A DNA stretch of 64,000 bases, taken from contig JASGJH010000001.1 in assembly GCA_047601445.1 (NCBI GenBank), positions 2,112,001-2,176,000 of the forward strand. The letters run 5' to 3'. The position numbers were made by a program, and so were the translations under genes. Positions within the stretch are counted from its first letter, which is position 1. The number at the start of each line of letters is the position of its first letter. Shown here one piece after another: positions 56,230-64,000 of this stretch. A model generated the notes under the pieces. The model saw nothing but the letters and a program-made list of their open reading frames with translations, searched no databases and had not been told where the DNA came from. This DNA comes from Myxococcales bacterium. GTDB lineage: Bacteria; Myxococcota_A; Polyangia; Polyangiales; DASUME01.

Positions 56230-57684
56230 ATGCTTCAGGGGTTTCGCGCGCTGCGCTCCAGTTTGTACCTGTGTGCTTCGTTGGCCCTCGGCCTGGCCCC
56301 GCTCTCGAAGGCTCGCGCCGAAGCCCCGGCGGCACTCGTCGGTCGATTGTCGGAGCTGATTCAAAAGGCCGGTCTCGGAAATGGCGTCGGCATCGTGGTG
56401 GCCAACGCGTTGACTGGGGAGAGAATCTACACCCTCAATCCCGAAACTCCACGCAATCCAGCCTCCAACATGAAGCTCGTGACGGCAGCCACGGCGCTCG
56501 CCGAGCTCGGTCCGAGCTACCGCATGCGCACCACGCTCGCCGGGGCGCTCGCGGAGGATGGTACGGTGGACACCCTGGTGTTGCGCGGAGAGGGCGATCC
56601 TTCCTTCGATTTCGCGGATCTGCTGGGACTCGCGCGGCGCCTGGTAGAGCTCGGCGTACGCAAGGTCGAGAACATCGTGGTGGACGGAAGCTACTTCGAC
56701 GATCGCATCTTGCCACCCGCGTTCGAACAGCAGCCCAACGAGATCGCGGCCTTCCGCGCGGCCGTCGCGGCGGTATCGGTGGATCGCAATGCCTACGATC
56801 TGCGGCTCGCGCCAGGTCCTGCGGCGGACGCACCGGCCAGCGTGATCCTGCGCTGTCCCGACTACTTCGCGGTGGAGTCCGCGTTGACCACGACCGCCAC
56901 GGGCGCTCCCGCCGTGGTGGCCGAGCAGCGGGCCCAGGGCGAGCTGCTGAGTCTCAAGTTGAAGGGCAGCGTGCCGCTCGGCATTCGCGGGGTTGCCTAC
57001 GAGCGCCGGGTGGAGTCCCCCCTCCCCTACGCCGGCCACTGCCTGCGCGCCGCCCTGCGCTCACAACGGGTCGGCGGCAGCATGCGCGTACGTACCAACA
57101 ACCCGCCAGCTGGCCTGCCGGTGCTGGTGGCCGTGGAGTCGGAGACCCTGACCGAGCTCCTCGGACCGGTGGGCAAGAACAGCGACAACTTCTTCGCGGA
57201 GATGTTGCTCAAGGTAATCGGAGCCCACGCCCAACACCGACCGGGCAGCTCGGCGGGCGGAGCTGAGCGCGCGCAGCTCTTGCTCGAGCAGGCAGGCGTC
57301 GCCCGCGGCGCGGCCAAGATGGTGAACGGCTCCGGGCTCTTCAAGGGGGGAGCCATCGCGCCGGACCACCTGGTGAAGCTGCTGGTCCACATGTATCGCG
57401 ACCCGAGTCTGCGCTCGGAGTACATCGCGCAGCTCGCGATTGCGGGCGTGGACGGGACGCTGCGAAACCGGCTCACGGACGCAGCCAGGGCAGGCGTGGT
57501 CCGCGCGAAGACCGGGACCCTGGATGATGCGATCTCGCTCAGCGGATACGTGCTCGGGAAGACACCAGACCAGGATCTGGCCTTCAGCTTCTTGATGAAC
57601 GGCATCGCCGGTAAGCAGTGGCAAGCACGGGCGCTCGCGGACGACCTGGCGCGCGCTCTGGTGAGCCATCTCTACTCGAACTGA
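56230..57684 (+). CDS. dacB: D-alanyl-D-alanine carboxypeptidase/endopeptidase (PBP4, peptidase S13)
   Basis: Signal peptide, PASNMK (SxxK), GEGDPS, SDN (SxN), NGSGL, AKTGTL (KTG). Confidence 0.93.
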   Translation: MLQGFRALRSSLYLCASLALGLAPLSKARAEAPAALVGRLSELIQKAGLGNGVGIVVANALTGERIYTLNPETPRNPASNMKLVTAATALAELGPSYRMRTTLAGALAEDGTVDTLVLRGEGDPSFDFADLLGLARRLVELGVRKVENIVVDGSYFDDRILPPAFEQQPNEIAAFRAAVAAVSVDRNAYDLRLAPGPAADAPASVILRCPDYFAVESALTTTATGAPAVVAEQRAQGELLSLKLKGSVPLGIRGVAYERRVESPLPYAGHCLRAALRSQRVGGSMRVRTNNPPAGLPVLVAVESETLTELLGPVGKNSDNFFAEMLLKVIGAHAQHRPGSSAGGAERAQLLLEQAGVARGAAKMVNGSGLFKGGAIAPDHLVKLLVHMYRDPSLRSEYIAQLAIAGVDGTLRNRLTDAARAGVVRAKTGTLDDAISLSGYVLGKTPDQDLAFSFLMNGIAGKQWQARALADDLARALVSHLYSN

Positions 57685-57758
57685 AGCCCCCCTGGCGTGC
57701 AGTGAGTGAAGCGAACCCGCGCAGGGGTGGGTCTCGGCGCGGCTTTGCCGCGACGGGC

Positions 57759-57780
57759 GGGGAGGTCGCGTGACCTCCCC
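57759..57780. terminator. Perfect hairpin between convergent dacB and sigma genes
   Basis: GGGGAGGTC-GCGT-GACCTCCCC. Confidence 0.5.
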
Positions 57781-57794
57781 GGCAACAAATGCGT

Positions 57795-59144
57795 TCAGTC
57801 CTTGAGGGCCTTGCGAATCTTGCCGAGAGCCTGCTCCTGCAACTGCCGGATGCGCTCGCGCGAGAGATTGTACTTGTCGCCGATTTCCTTGAGCGTGAGC
57901 TCTTCCTCGTCGTCGAGGCCGAAGCGCCAGCGCAGGATGCGGGACTCCATGGGGGACAGCTGCCCGAGCAGGCGCTGCACCTCGTCCGTCCAGGCCTGCT
58001 GCACCAACGTGTCGTGGGGCGACGGGATGCTCTCGCTCTCCAGGAAATCCACGAACTTGCGGCCGTCTTCGTCGTTGACGGGGCGGTCGAGTGAGAACGG
58101 GGTCTCGGCCCAGTAGCCCTGCATCTTCTCGAGCTTGTCCTCGGCGATGCCCGTCTCCTTGGCCAGTTCCTCGGTGCTCGGCTCCTTGCCGGTGCGTGAG
58201 CTCAGAGCCTGGGTGGCCTTCTGGACGCGGTTGAACGTGTCGAGCATGTGGACCGGGATGCGCACCGCACGGCCCTTGTCGGCCAGCGCACGGCTGATGG
58301 CGTGGCGGATCCACCACGAAGCGTACGTGCTGAAGCGATACCCGCGCGTGTGATCGAAGCGCTCGACCGCCTTCATGAGACCGAGGTTGCCCTCCTGGAT
58401 CAGGTCGATCAGCGGCATGCGGCCGCGGTTGTAGCGGCGCGCGATGGAGACCACGAGGCGCAGGTTGGCGGCCACGAAGCGGTTCTTGGCCTGCTTCTGC
58501 ACCCGGCGGGCCTCGTCGACCCCCTCGATGTACTTGCGGAAGGCCGGCGTGACCTGGACCTCACCGCCGATCAAGTCGCGCTCGTCGGCGTAGCGACCGG
58601 CCACCCGCCACACGGCCGCGCAGGCGCTCTCGACGTACACGCGGTCGCCATCGAGCTCGCGTAGCTTGACCGCGAGGTCCCAGCTCAACTTTTCCCACTG
58701 CTGTTGGTTCTTCTTGCCGAAGCGCGCCGTCAGGGCGGAAGGCGCGAGCTTGGTCAGCTCCGCGAGTTCTTCGGGGACGGGCTGCTGATGCTCGACAATG
58801 GCGCGCTCCACGATGCCCGCCACGGTCTCGAAGGCCGGCGCGTAGCCGAACAGGGTGGTCCAGTACTTACGTTCGAGGTCTTCGACCAGCTTGGCCGCCT
58901 CAACCTCTTCGTCGGGCCGCAGCACGCGGTGGGTCGCCATGTCGCGGAAGTAGCGCGAGAGCATGGTGTCGCCGGTGGCCTTGTCTTCAGCGCGGGTGTT
59001 ATCGCTGACGCGCTCTTCTTCCATGGACGAGAGCGCGGCGTCATCGGGCAGCTCGAACTCGGCCGACTCGAGGAGCTCCTCGGAATCGGACATCGACGAT
59101 GACGACGACTCGCGAACTACTGCGGCTTGAGAGCTCTTGGTCAT
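57795..59144 (-). CDS. RpoD/SigA-family sigma-70 factor, non-primary (no region 1.1)
   Basis: Region 1.2 LSRYFRDM, region 2 [13 protein letters not shown]...[18 protein letters not shown]...[10 protein letters not shown], region 4 TLKEIG...[17 protein letters not shown] before ATG 59144 (frame stays open to 59561). Confidence 0.92.
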   Translation of the reverse strand: MTKSSQAAVVRESSSSSMSDSEELLESAEFELPDDAALSSMEEERVSDNTRAEDKATGDTMLSRYFRDMATHRVLRPDEEVEAAKLVEDLERKYWTTLFGYAPAFETVAGIVERAIVEHQQPVPEELAELTKLAPSALTARFGKKNQQQWEKLSWDLAVKLRELDGDRVYVESACAAVWRVAGRYADERDLIGGEVQVTPAFRKYIEGVDEARRVQKQAKNRFVAANLRLVVSIARRYNRGRMPLIDLIQEGNLGLMKAVERFDHTRGYRFSTYASWWIRHAISRALADKGRAVRIPVHMLDTFNRVQKATQALSSRTGKEPSTEELAKETGIAEDKLEKMQGYWAETPFSLDRPVNDEDGRKFVDFLESESIPSPHDTLVQQAWTDEVQRLLGQLSPMESRILRWRFGLDDEEELTLKEIGDKYNLSRERIRQLQEQALGKIRKALKD

Positions 59145-60305
59145 GGCGCTTCCTTCCGTCCGGTTCGAGCGGAGGCGGCGCTGCGCCCCTTTTCGTGGTT
59201 CACGTCCTGCCTCGTCTACGTTCGCCTGCTCGTGCGCACTCCCCTCGGTTTCACCGCGACGCAGCGCGCGCCGGGCCTTGTCCCGCAAGGGTCGACCCGA
59301 TACCTCGCCACGGCGGGCCACACGCGTGGATGCCCCGGACGCTTGCCTACTCCTCGGCTTCCTGGTTTCGCTCCGCACGGTGTCCTCATCGTCAACAACG
59401 TCCACCTCGAACGAACCATTTCCCGGACGTTGGCCTTCTCCCACTAAGACGGGAGAACTGACCTCATTGAGCTCGTCGTACGGATGAGCTGCAGAGTTAC
59501 TATTTCCGAGGTGGCGCCTGGTGTTCGGGGCGGTCACGTTCTTTACGCTTTCTGGTTCCACGGCCGCGTACTTGCGATCGTGGCCACTGCTTTCGCCTGG
59601 TTTCCCGGAGGGGTGAACCTCCGTGCCGCGTCGGGTGCGGCTGAGGGAATCAATGCAAACAGCGTGCGCGTTGCAAAAGTGGCCAAGTACGCCGCAGGCG
59701 TAACGTGTGGAAGCACCCGAAAACGCACACAGTCACGCTCCCTTCCCCAGGGCGAGAACGAGGGTTTTCGCACCTCTGAAAGGGCCCGCGGGCCGAACCG
59801 GGTTTCGGATCATGGGATAGCTGAGGCGCGCCGCGGCGCAGCATCAGGTGCCGCGGATCACCTGGGCTCCGCTCCGGCCTTGGAATGGCCCCGCGTATGG
59901 GCTGCCCTCGAGGCGCGCGCGCTGGGTCTGCTCGATCTACCGCGGTTCCGTCCAACCCCGACACCAAATCATGGGTGAGATGGCAAGGCGCGGCCCACGC
60001 TTCGCGCGTCGGCGCTGCCAAGGCAGATCACCGAATCGACTCGCACGTCGCCTGGAGGACTGCGCCCAATGCGTCGCTGCAGGGATTGTCTAAGCCCTAC
60101 TTTTCGCGACGACGAACAAAGCACCACAGCGCTGCGGCCTGCATGCAGGGCAAAAGCTGCGCAGTCGCGTGCGCGTTGTGGCGGATTTGTTCGACGTATT
60201 TGCGTGTTCATCGAAGCCAGCCGCGTCGAAGCTCGAAAGCTGTGCGCGGGCTCCGCACGGTGAGGCGCTACACAACACGCCTCCGCGCCCACAGCAGGCT
60301 GAGCT

Positions 60306-62720
60306 ATGGTGCGCGCCATGCAGCGACGCCCCGCTTTCTCTCGTTCATTGATGACCTTGAGCCTGTTGTCTTGGATCACGGGTATACCGGCCGCGGCGCT
60401 GGCAGACGGGCTCCCTCTGTCCAAGAGCGTTCAGGCTGGAAAGCCCCTGCATCCGCTGAAGATCACGGTCGAAGGAGCGGGCCCAGTGGTCGTCACCGCG
60501 AACGGCAAGCGCCACGAGGTGCCCCTGCACGACGCGCGTGGCGCGAGCGTAGAGGTCGTGCCGCTCGCGGGTGACGCGGCCGTCACCCTGGTGCATGTCG
60601 AAGGCGCGAATGCCAACTGGGCCATGCTGTTGGGAGGTCGCGCCGGAAACAGCGTGCTGGCCAGCGGCAAGAGTGATTGGACCGGTGATCCAGGCGAGCG
60701 CCGCATGTTCTCGATCGAGGCGATCCCCGCAGAGGGCCCCCAGGGCGCGCGCAGCGTGCGCTTTGGCACGCGATACGAGGGGCTATCGCAATGCAGCGGC
60801 AAGGTGCCTTTAATAGGAGCCAAGCGTGTGGACCCGGTCACCCTCGAGGCGGCCGTGGATGTCCCGAACTTTCCCACTGGGGTGAGTCAGGACATCGAAG
60901 TAGCGGCGCTTGCCATCCCTGGCGCCCAGCCCGTGCTGGCAGGACTCGAGCCGGCTGGGTCCTCGCGTGTCGACGAAAGCACGGGGTTCTACCTGTTGCC
61001 CCGGACGGCGCTCGACGGCAAGGCGGACTCCCGCTGGTCGTTGGGGCCGGGTGAGTTCGCCACCCTGCGCTGGACGCAACGCAGCATAACGATCGACGCG
61101 CTGGAGCTGGACCTGGTGCCGACCGGTCCGGCACCGACGAGCGTGGTGCTCCTTGCGGACGGCGATCGTGTAATGCGGGTACCGCTTACGCCCTCCGCGC
61201 CGGCAAGCGGCCTCGCCACTCCGGCTACGGGCGCTGCCACTGCACCCGCGGGCACCGTTCGCGTCGCCTTCAAGGCGCCCTTGACCACACGCTGCCTCGC
61301 CTTGCTGAGCGATAACCTGGCGCCCGGCGCCAGCCTCGGCGTTCAGGAAGTGCGTGCCTACACCGAGCTCGACAAGCCGGGCAGCGTGGAGCGCCTGGTT
61401 TCTCTGCTCGTGCAGGACGGCGAATCCGGTGCGAGCGCGGCCGATTTGCTGGCGGCGCTCGGGGACCGCGGTGCACTTGCCGTGGCTGCGCGCTTCGAAG
61501 AGCTGTCGGCGCGAGGCAAGCGGCGCGGCCTGCGTGTGCTGGCCAAGGGCCTGGAGCAACCCGCGGTGCTGGCACGTGTGACGACCACGGCCCGTGAAGG
61601 TGATCGAGAGCTGAGTGAGCAGGCCCTCACGGTGCTGCAGGCCGGGGGAGAGGCTGGGCGCACGGGCTTGCGTGAGTTGGCGCTCGCCCCCGGGGAGCTC
61701 GGCGATACGGCCGCCAAGCTATTGGTCCAGCGTCCGGGTGAGATCCCTACCTTGCTCGGCGCGTTGAGTGCAGAGGGTGGTTCGGAACGACCGGGCCTGC
61801 GATCGGCGCTCACGCTGGCAGCGCGTCGGGAACCTGCGGCCTTTACTGGCGCCGTGGAAGCCTGGCTCAGCGCGACGCCATCGGTTCCAGCGCGCTCCTC
61901 GCTCGCGATCGCGGCGGCTTCGGCCGAGGCTCGCGGCCTGGCGTTGAAGCTGGCAGAGCCAGCGTGGACCTCGCAGCTCGAGTTCCCCGAGCGCTATCGC
62001 TTCGCCAGCGCCTTGGCCGCAGCCGACGCCTCCCCGGAGGCCGATGCCTGGCTCGAGCAGCAGGGTGGCTCGGCCGGGGAATGGATGATGCGGCGCGTCG
62101 CCTTCGAGTCCCTGCGTGCACGCGACCCAGCCCGCGCGGACAAGCTCGCCGAGGCGCTGGCCAGCGACGCCTACCCGCGCGTGCGTGCCGCGACACTCGA
62201 TGCCCTGGCGCGCGGCCCAGGCTGGACGCGGGCTGCCCAGATGGGACGCGAGGACAGCTGGCCGCTTGTGCGCGCGGCGGGCGCGCGGGCGCTCTCGGCG
62301 CAGCCAGAAGCGCGTGCTCAGCTCGAAGGCATGCTGACGGATGCGTCGGAGCGTGTGCGTGTCGCCGCCATCGACAGCTTGACCAGCCTGCAGGCCAAGC
62401 AAGCCTGGCCGGCCATCGAGGCTCGCATGAAGAGTCCGGACGACTCGCCCGATGTCCACGTGGCCGCCATCGGGTTCGCCCGTGAGCTGTGTGTGAGCGA
62501 AGCCCGCGAGTGGCTCATCAATGAAGTGCGGCGCGCGCTGCGCCCGGACGCCGGCGACGAGTCTGCTCGGGTGGGGGTGGATGCCCTCCATGCGCTGCAT
62601 GACCTGGGGGGTCAGGCTGCCCTCGATGCCAAGAACCTCGCCGCACGCCCGGAGACCCCACCGGGTCTGGCCAAGGCCTACGGGAATTTCCGCGCCTCGC
62701 GCTGCGAGAAAGCCCCCTGA
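60306..62720 (+). CDS. Exported protein with N-terminal beta-rich domains and C-terminal HEAT-like repeats
   Basis: Signal-peptide-like N-terminus, repeats DAYPRVRAA, DSWPLVRAA, DASERVRVAA, DDSPDVHVAA. Confidence 0.75.
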   Translation: MVRAMQRRPAFSRSLMTLSLLSWITGIPAAALADGLPLSKSVQAGKPLHPLKITVEGAGPVVVTANGKRHEVPLHDARGASVEVVPLAGDAAVTLVHVEGANANWAMLLGGRAGNSVLASGKSDWTGDPGERRMFSIEAIPAEGPQGARSVRFGTRYEGLSQCSGKVPLIGAKRVDPVTLEAAVDVPNFPTGVSQDIEVAALAIPGAQPVLAGLEPAGSSRVDESTGFYLLPRTALDGKADSRWSLGPGEFATLRWTQRSITIDALELDLVPTGPAPTSVVLLADGDRVMRVPLTPSAPASGLATPATGAATAPAGTVRVAFKAPLTTRCLALLSDNLAPGASLGVQEVRAYTELDKPGSVERLVSLLVQDGESGASAADLLAALGDRGALAVAARFEELSARGKRRGLRVLAKGLEQPAVLARVTTTAREGDRELSEQALTVLQAGGEAGRTGLRELALAPGELGDTAAKLLVQRPGEIPTLLGALSAEGGSERPGLRSALTLAARREPAAFTGAVEAWLSATPSVPARSSLAIAAASAEARGLALKLAEPAWTSQLEFPERYRFASALAAADASPEADAWLEQQGGSAGEWMMRRVAFESLRARDPARADKLAEALASDAYPRVRAATLDALARGPGWTRAAQMGREDSWPLVRAAGARALSAQPEARAQLEGMLTDASERVRVAAIDSLTSLQAKQAWPAIEARMKSPDDSPDVHVAAIGFARELCVSEAREWLINEVRRALRPDAGDESARVGVDALHALHDLGGQAALDAKNLAARPETPPGLAKAYGNFRASRCEKAP

Positions 62721-62930
62721 ATCTCGGGTGTAAGCGCCTCTCCGTACTGGAAAAATTCGCGCTGGTTGCGGACGAAAACGTCTGCCCCTCACAGCTCTCG
62801 GGAACTTCCGCCCGCCGGCGTTGTCGGGAGTCCGAGCCGCGTGATAACGTCCGGCTCCCTTTGGGGCGGGGTGACCCGCTTTCTCTCTGTTAGGCGGCAC
62901 CGCGTTTCCGCCATGGCCAAGGACACCTGC

Positions 62931-63572
62931 ATGACCCGAGCCCGCCGTGTTTCGTTTCTCTCGCCCTTGCTCGCTGCGTTCCTCATCAGCGCGGCCTGCG
63001 ACCAGGCCGCTGGCGGCCCCGCAGTGGAAGTAGAGAAGCTGCCCGACATCAAACCGAGCCTGCCCGCGGTGCCCACGCTGCCGCCGCCACCCCACCCCAT
63101 CCAGTACCCTGACCAGTCCTACAGCCTGTTCGGCCTTCGCAAGAAGCTGAAGACCACCATGGACACGGACGTGGAGCTCACGGCCTACGTGGTGGAGACC
63201 TACACGCCGCCCGAGTGCCCCAAGGGCAAGACCTGCGGCCTGGCGCGCGCTCCGCACGTGTACCTCGCGGACACCAAGGACGAAGGAGATGCCACCAAGC
63301 GCATCTTGCTGGTGGGCTACGCCGAGAACCAGAAGGCCATCGACGACGCCATCATCGAGACGAAGAAGGGCAAGTACAAGGCGCCCGACCCCGAGTCCGG
63401 CCTGTTGCCCATCCCGGTGGACCTGTTCCCCGGAGCCAAGATCAAGGTGAAGGCGCGCTTCGCTCGCGTGTCCAGCTCGGGCTTCGCCCAGAGCGACGGT
63501 CTGCTCGACTACCGCGGACACACCACCATCGAGCCGCCGACGACGGTCCCGGATCCCAAGAAGAAGAGCTGA
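62931..63572 (+). CDS. Uncharacterised lipoprotein
   Basis: AAGGA SD, signal MTRARRVSFLSPLLAAFLISAAC, strong GC3 bias, CPKGKTC Cys pair. Confidence 0.8.
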   Translation: MTRARRVSFLSPLLAAFLISAACDQAAGGPAVEVEKLPDIKPSLPAVPTLPPPPHPIQYPDQSYSLFGLRKKLKTTMDTDVELTAYVVETYTPPECPKGKTCGLARAPHVYLADTKDEGDATKRILLVGYAENQKAIDDAIIETKKGKYKAPDPESGLLPIPVDLFPGAKIKVKARFARVSSSGFAQSDGLLDYRGHTTIEPPTTVPDPKKKS

Positions 63573-63596
63573 ACAGAACGCTCTTGGTTCTCGCTG

Positions 63597-63630
63597 AACG
63601 CCCGCTCCTTCGAGCGGGCGTTTTGCTTTT
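63597..63630 (+). terminator. Rho-independent terminator
   Basis: AACGCCCGCTC-CTTC-GAGCGGGCGTT followed by TTGCTTTT. Confidence 0.85.
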
Positions 63631-63665
63631 GCACCGCAGCGCAGCAAACCTCTTTGAAAGGCCGG

Positions 63666-63998
63666 TCAGTGCTCGTGGTCGTGCTCGTGGAAGGGACCTT
63701 CTTCGTCCTCTTCCTCCGACTCGGCAGGGTTCGCGGCCGGCGCGGGGGCGACGGGGCCGCCCGCCAGCTCGCGCAGCAGGTCGAGCAGGCGCGCGTCCAC
63801 CTCCAGCACAGGACCGCCGTCGAAGCGCGCGTAGAGCCCACGCGGGCTGGCGGCGCCCAGCTCGAGGCGCAGCGAAGAAGCGTCCTGGTTCGCCCCCTTG
63901 CGGGACACCGAGAGGCTCGCCTGTGGGGTGCTCAAGCCCTGCTCGGGGCGCGGCTTCTCCCCCACGTAGGACAGCGCATGCGTCTTGAGCAGTGTCTT
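63666..63998 (-). CDS. C-terminus of a protein cut by the window edge, possibly DUF4340-like, with acidic/His-rich tail
   Basis: Frame open to the edge; GLSTP...LELG...YARFDG..VLEV pattern; ends EEEDEEGPFHEHDHEH. Confidence 0.5.
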   Translation of the reverse strand, partial: KTLLKTHALSYVGEKPRPEQGLSTPQASLSVSRKGANQDASSLRLELGAASPRGLYARFDGGPVLEVDARLLDLLRELAGGPVAPAPAANPAESEEEDEEGPFHEHDHEH

Positions 63999-64000
63999 CA

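Noticed and set aside
57795..59561. Calling the sigma factor the primary rpoD
   Set aside because: No region 1.1, region 2.4 reads [14 protein letters not shown] rather than the primary consensus, and dnaG is not adjacent
1..64000. tRNA, rRNA, transposase, integrase or prophage genes
   Set aside because: None recognised in the ORFs or intergenic regions; a small ncRNA could have been missed without a covariance search

Overview
High-GC window that reads as myxobacterial (inferred from Glt-type gliding-machinery paralogues, MshEN protein and multiple sigma-54 regulators). 1-33.2 kb is a Wzx/Wzy-dependent polysaccharide locus: nucleotide-sugar enzymes (Ugd, Uxs, WbpA-like, WbpB-like, Rmd-like), WecA-type priming transferase, 8 glycosyltransferases, Wzx, Wzy, Wzc, a short OPX/Wza plus an outer-membrane beta-barrel, an O-antigen-ligase/TPR fusion, and a mixed-orientation cassette of 5 SAM methyltransferases, a sulfotransferase and a WcaF-like acetyltransferase. 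Directly upstream and co-oriented (33.6-46 kb, minus strand) is a Glt-like envelope module: secreted protein, TPR protein, GltD-, GltE-, GltF-like genes, a degenerate ExbB/TolQ-like protein, a GltG-like TonB-domain protein and a stand-alone MshEN (c-di-GMP-binding) protein. 46.4-53.1 kb is regulatory (ECF sigma/anti-sigma, STAS protein, two sigma-54 activators, single-domain receiver with a clear sigma-54 promoter and enhancer-like palindromes). The rest holds an HD phosphohydrolase, ABC substrate-binding lipoprotein, DacB, a non-primary sigma-70 and uncharacterised exported proteins. Two apparent single-base frameshifts were found, one in a small gene that the ORF track shows only in part. 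No RNA genes, CRISPR arrays or mobile elements were recognised. All family calls are from motif recognition by eye, not database searches.
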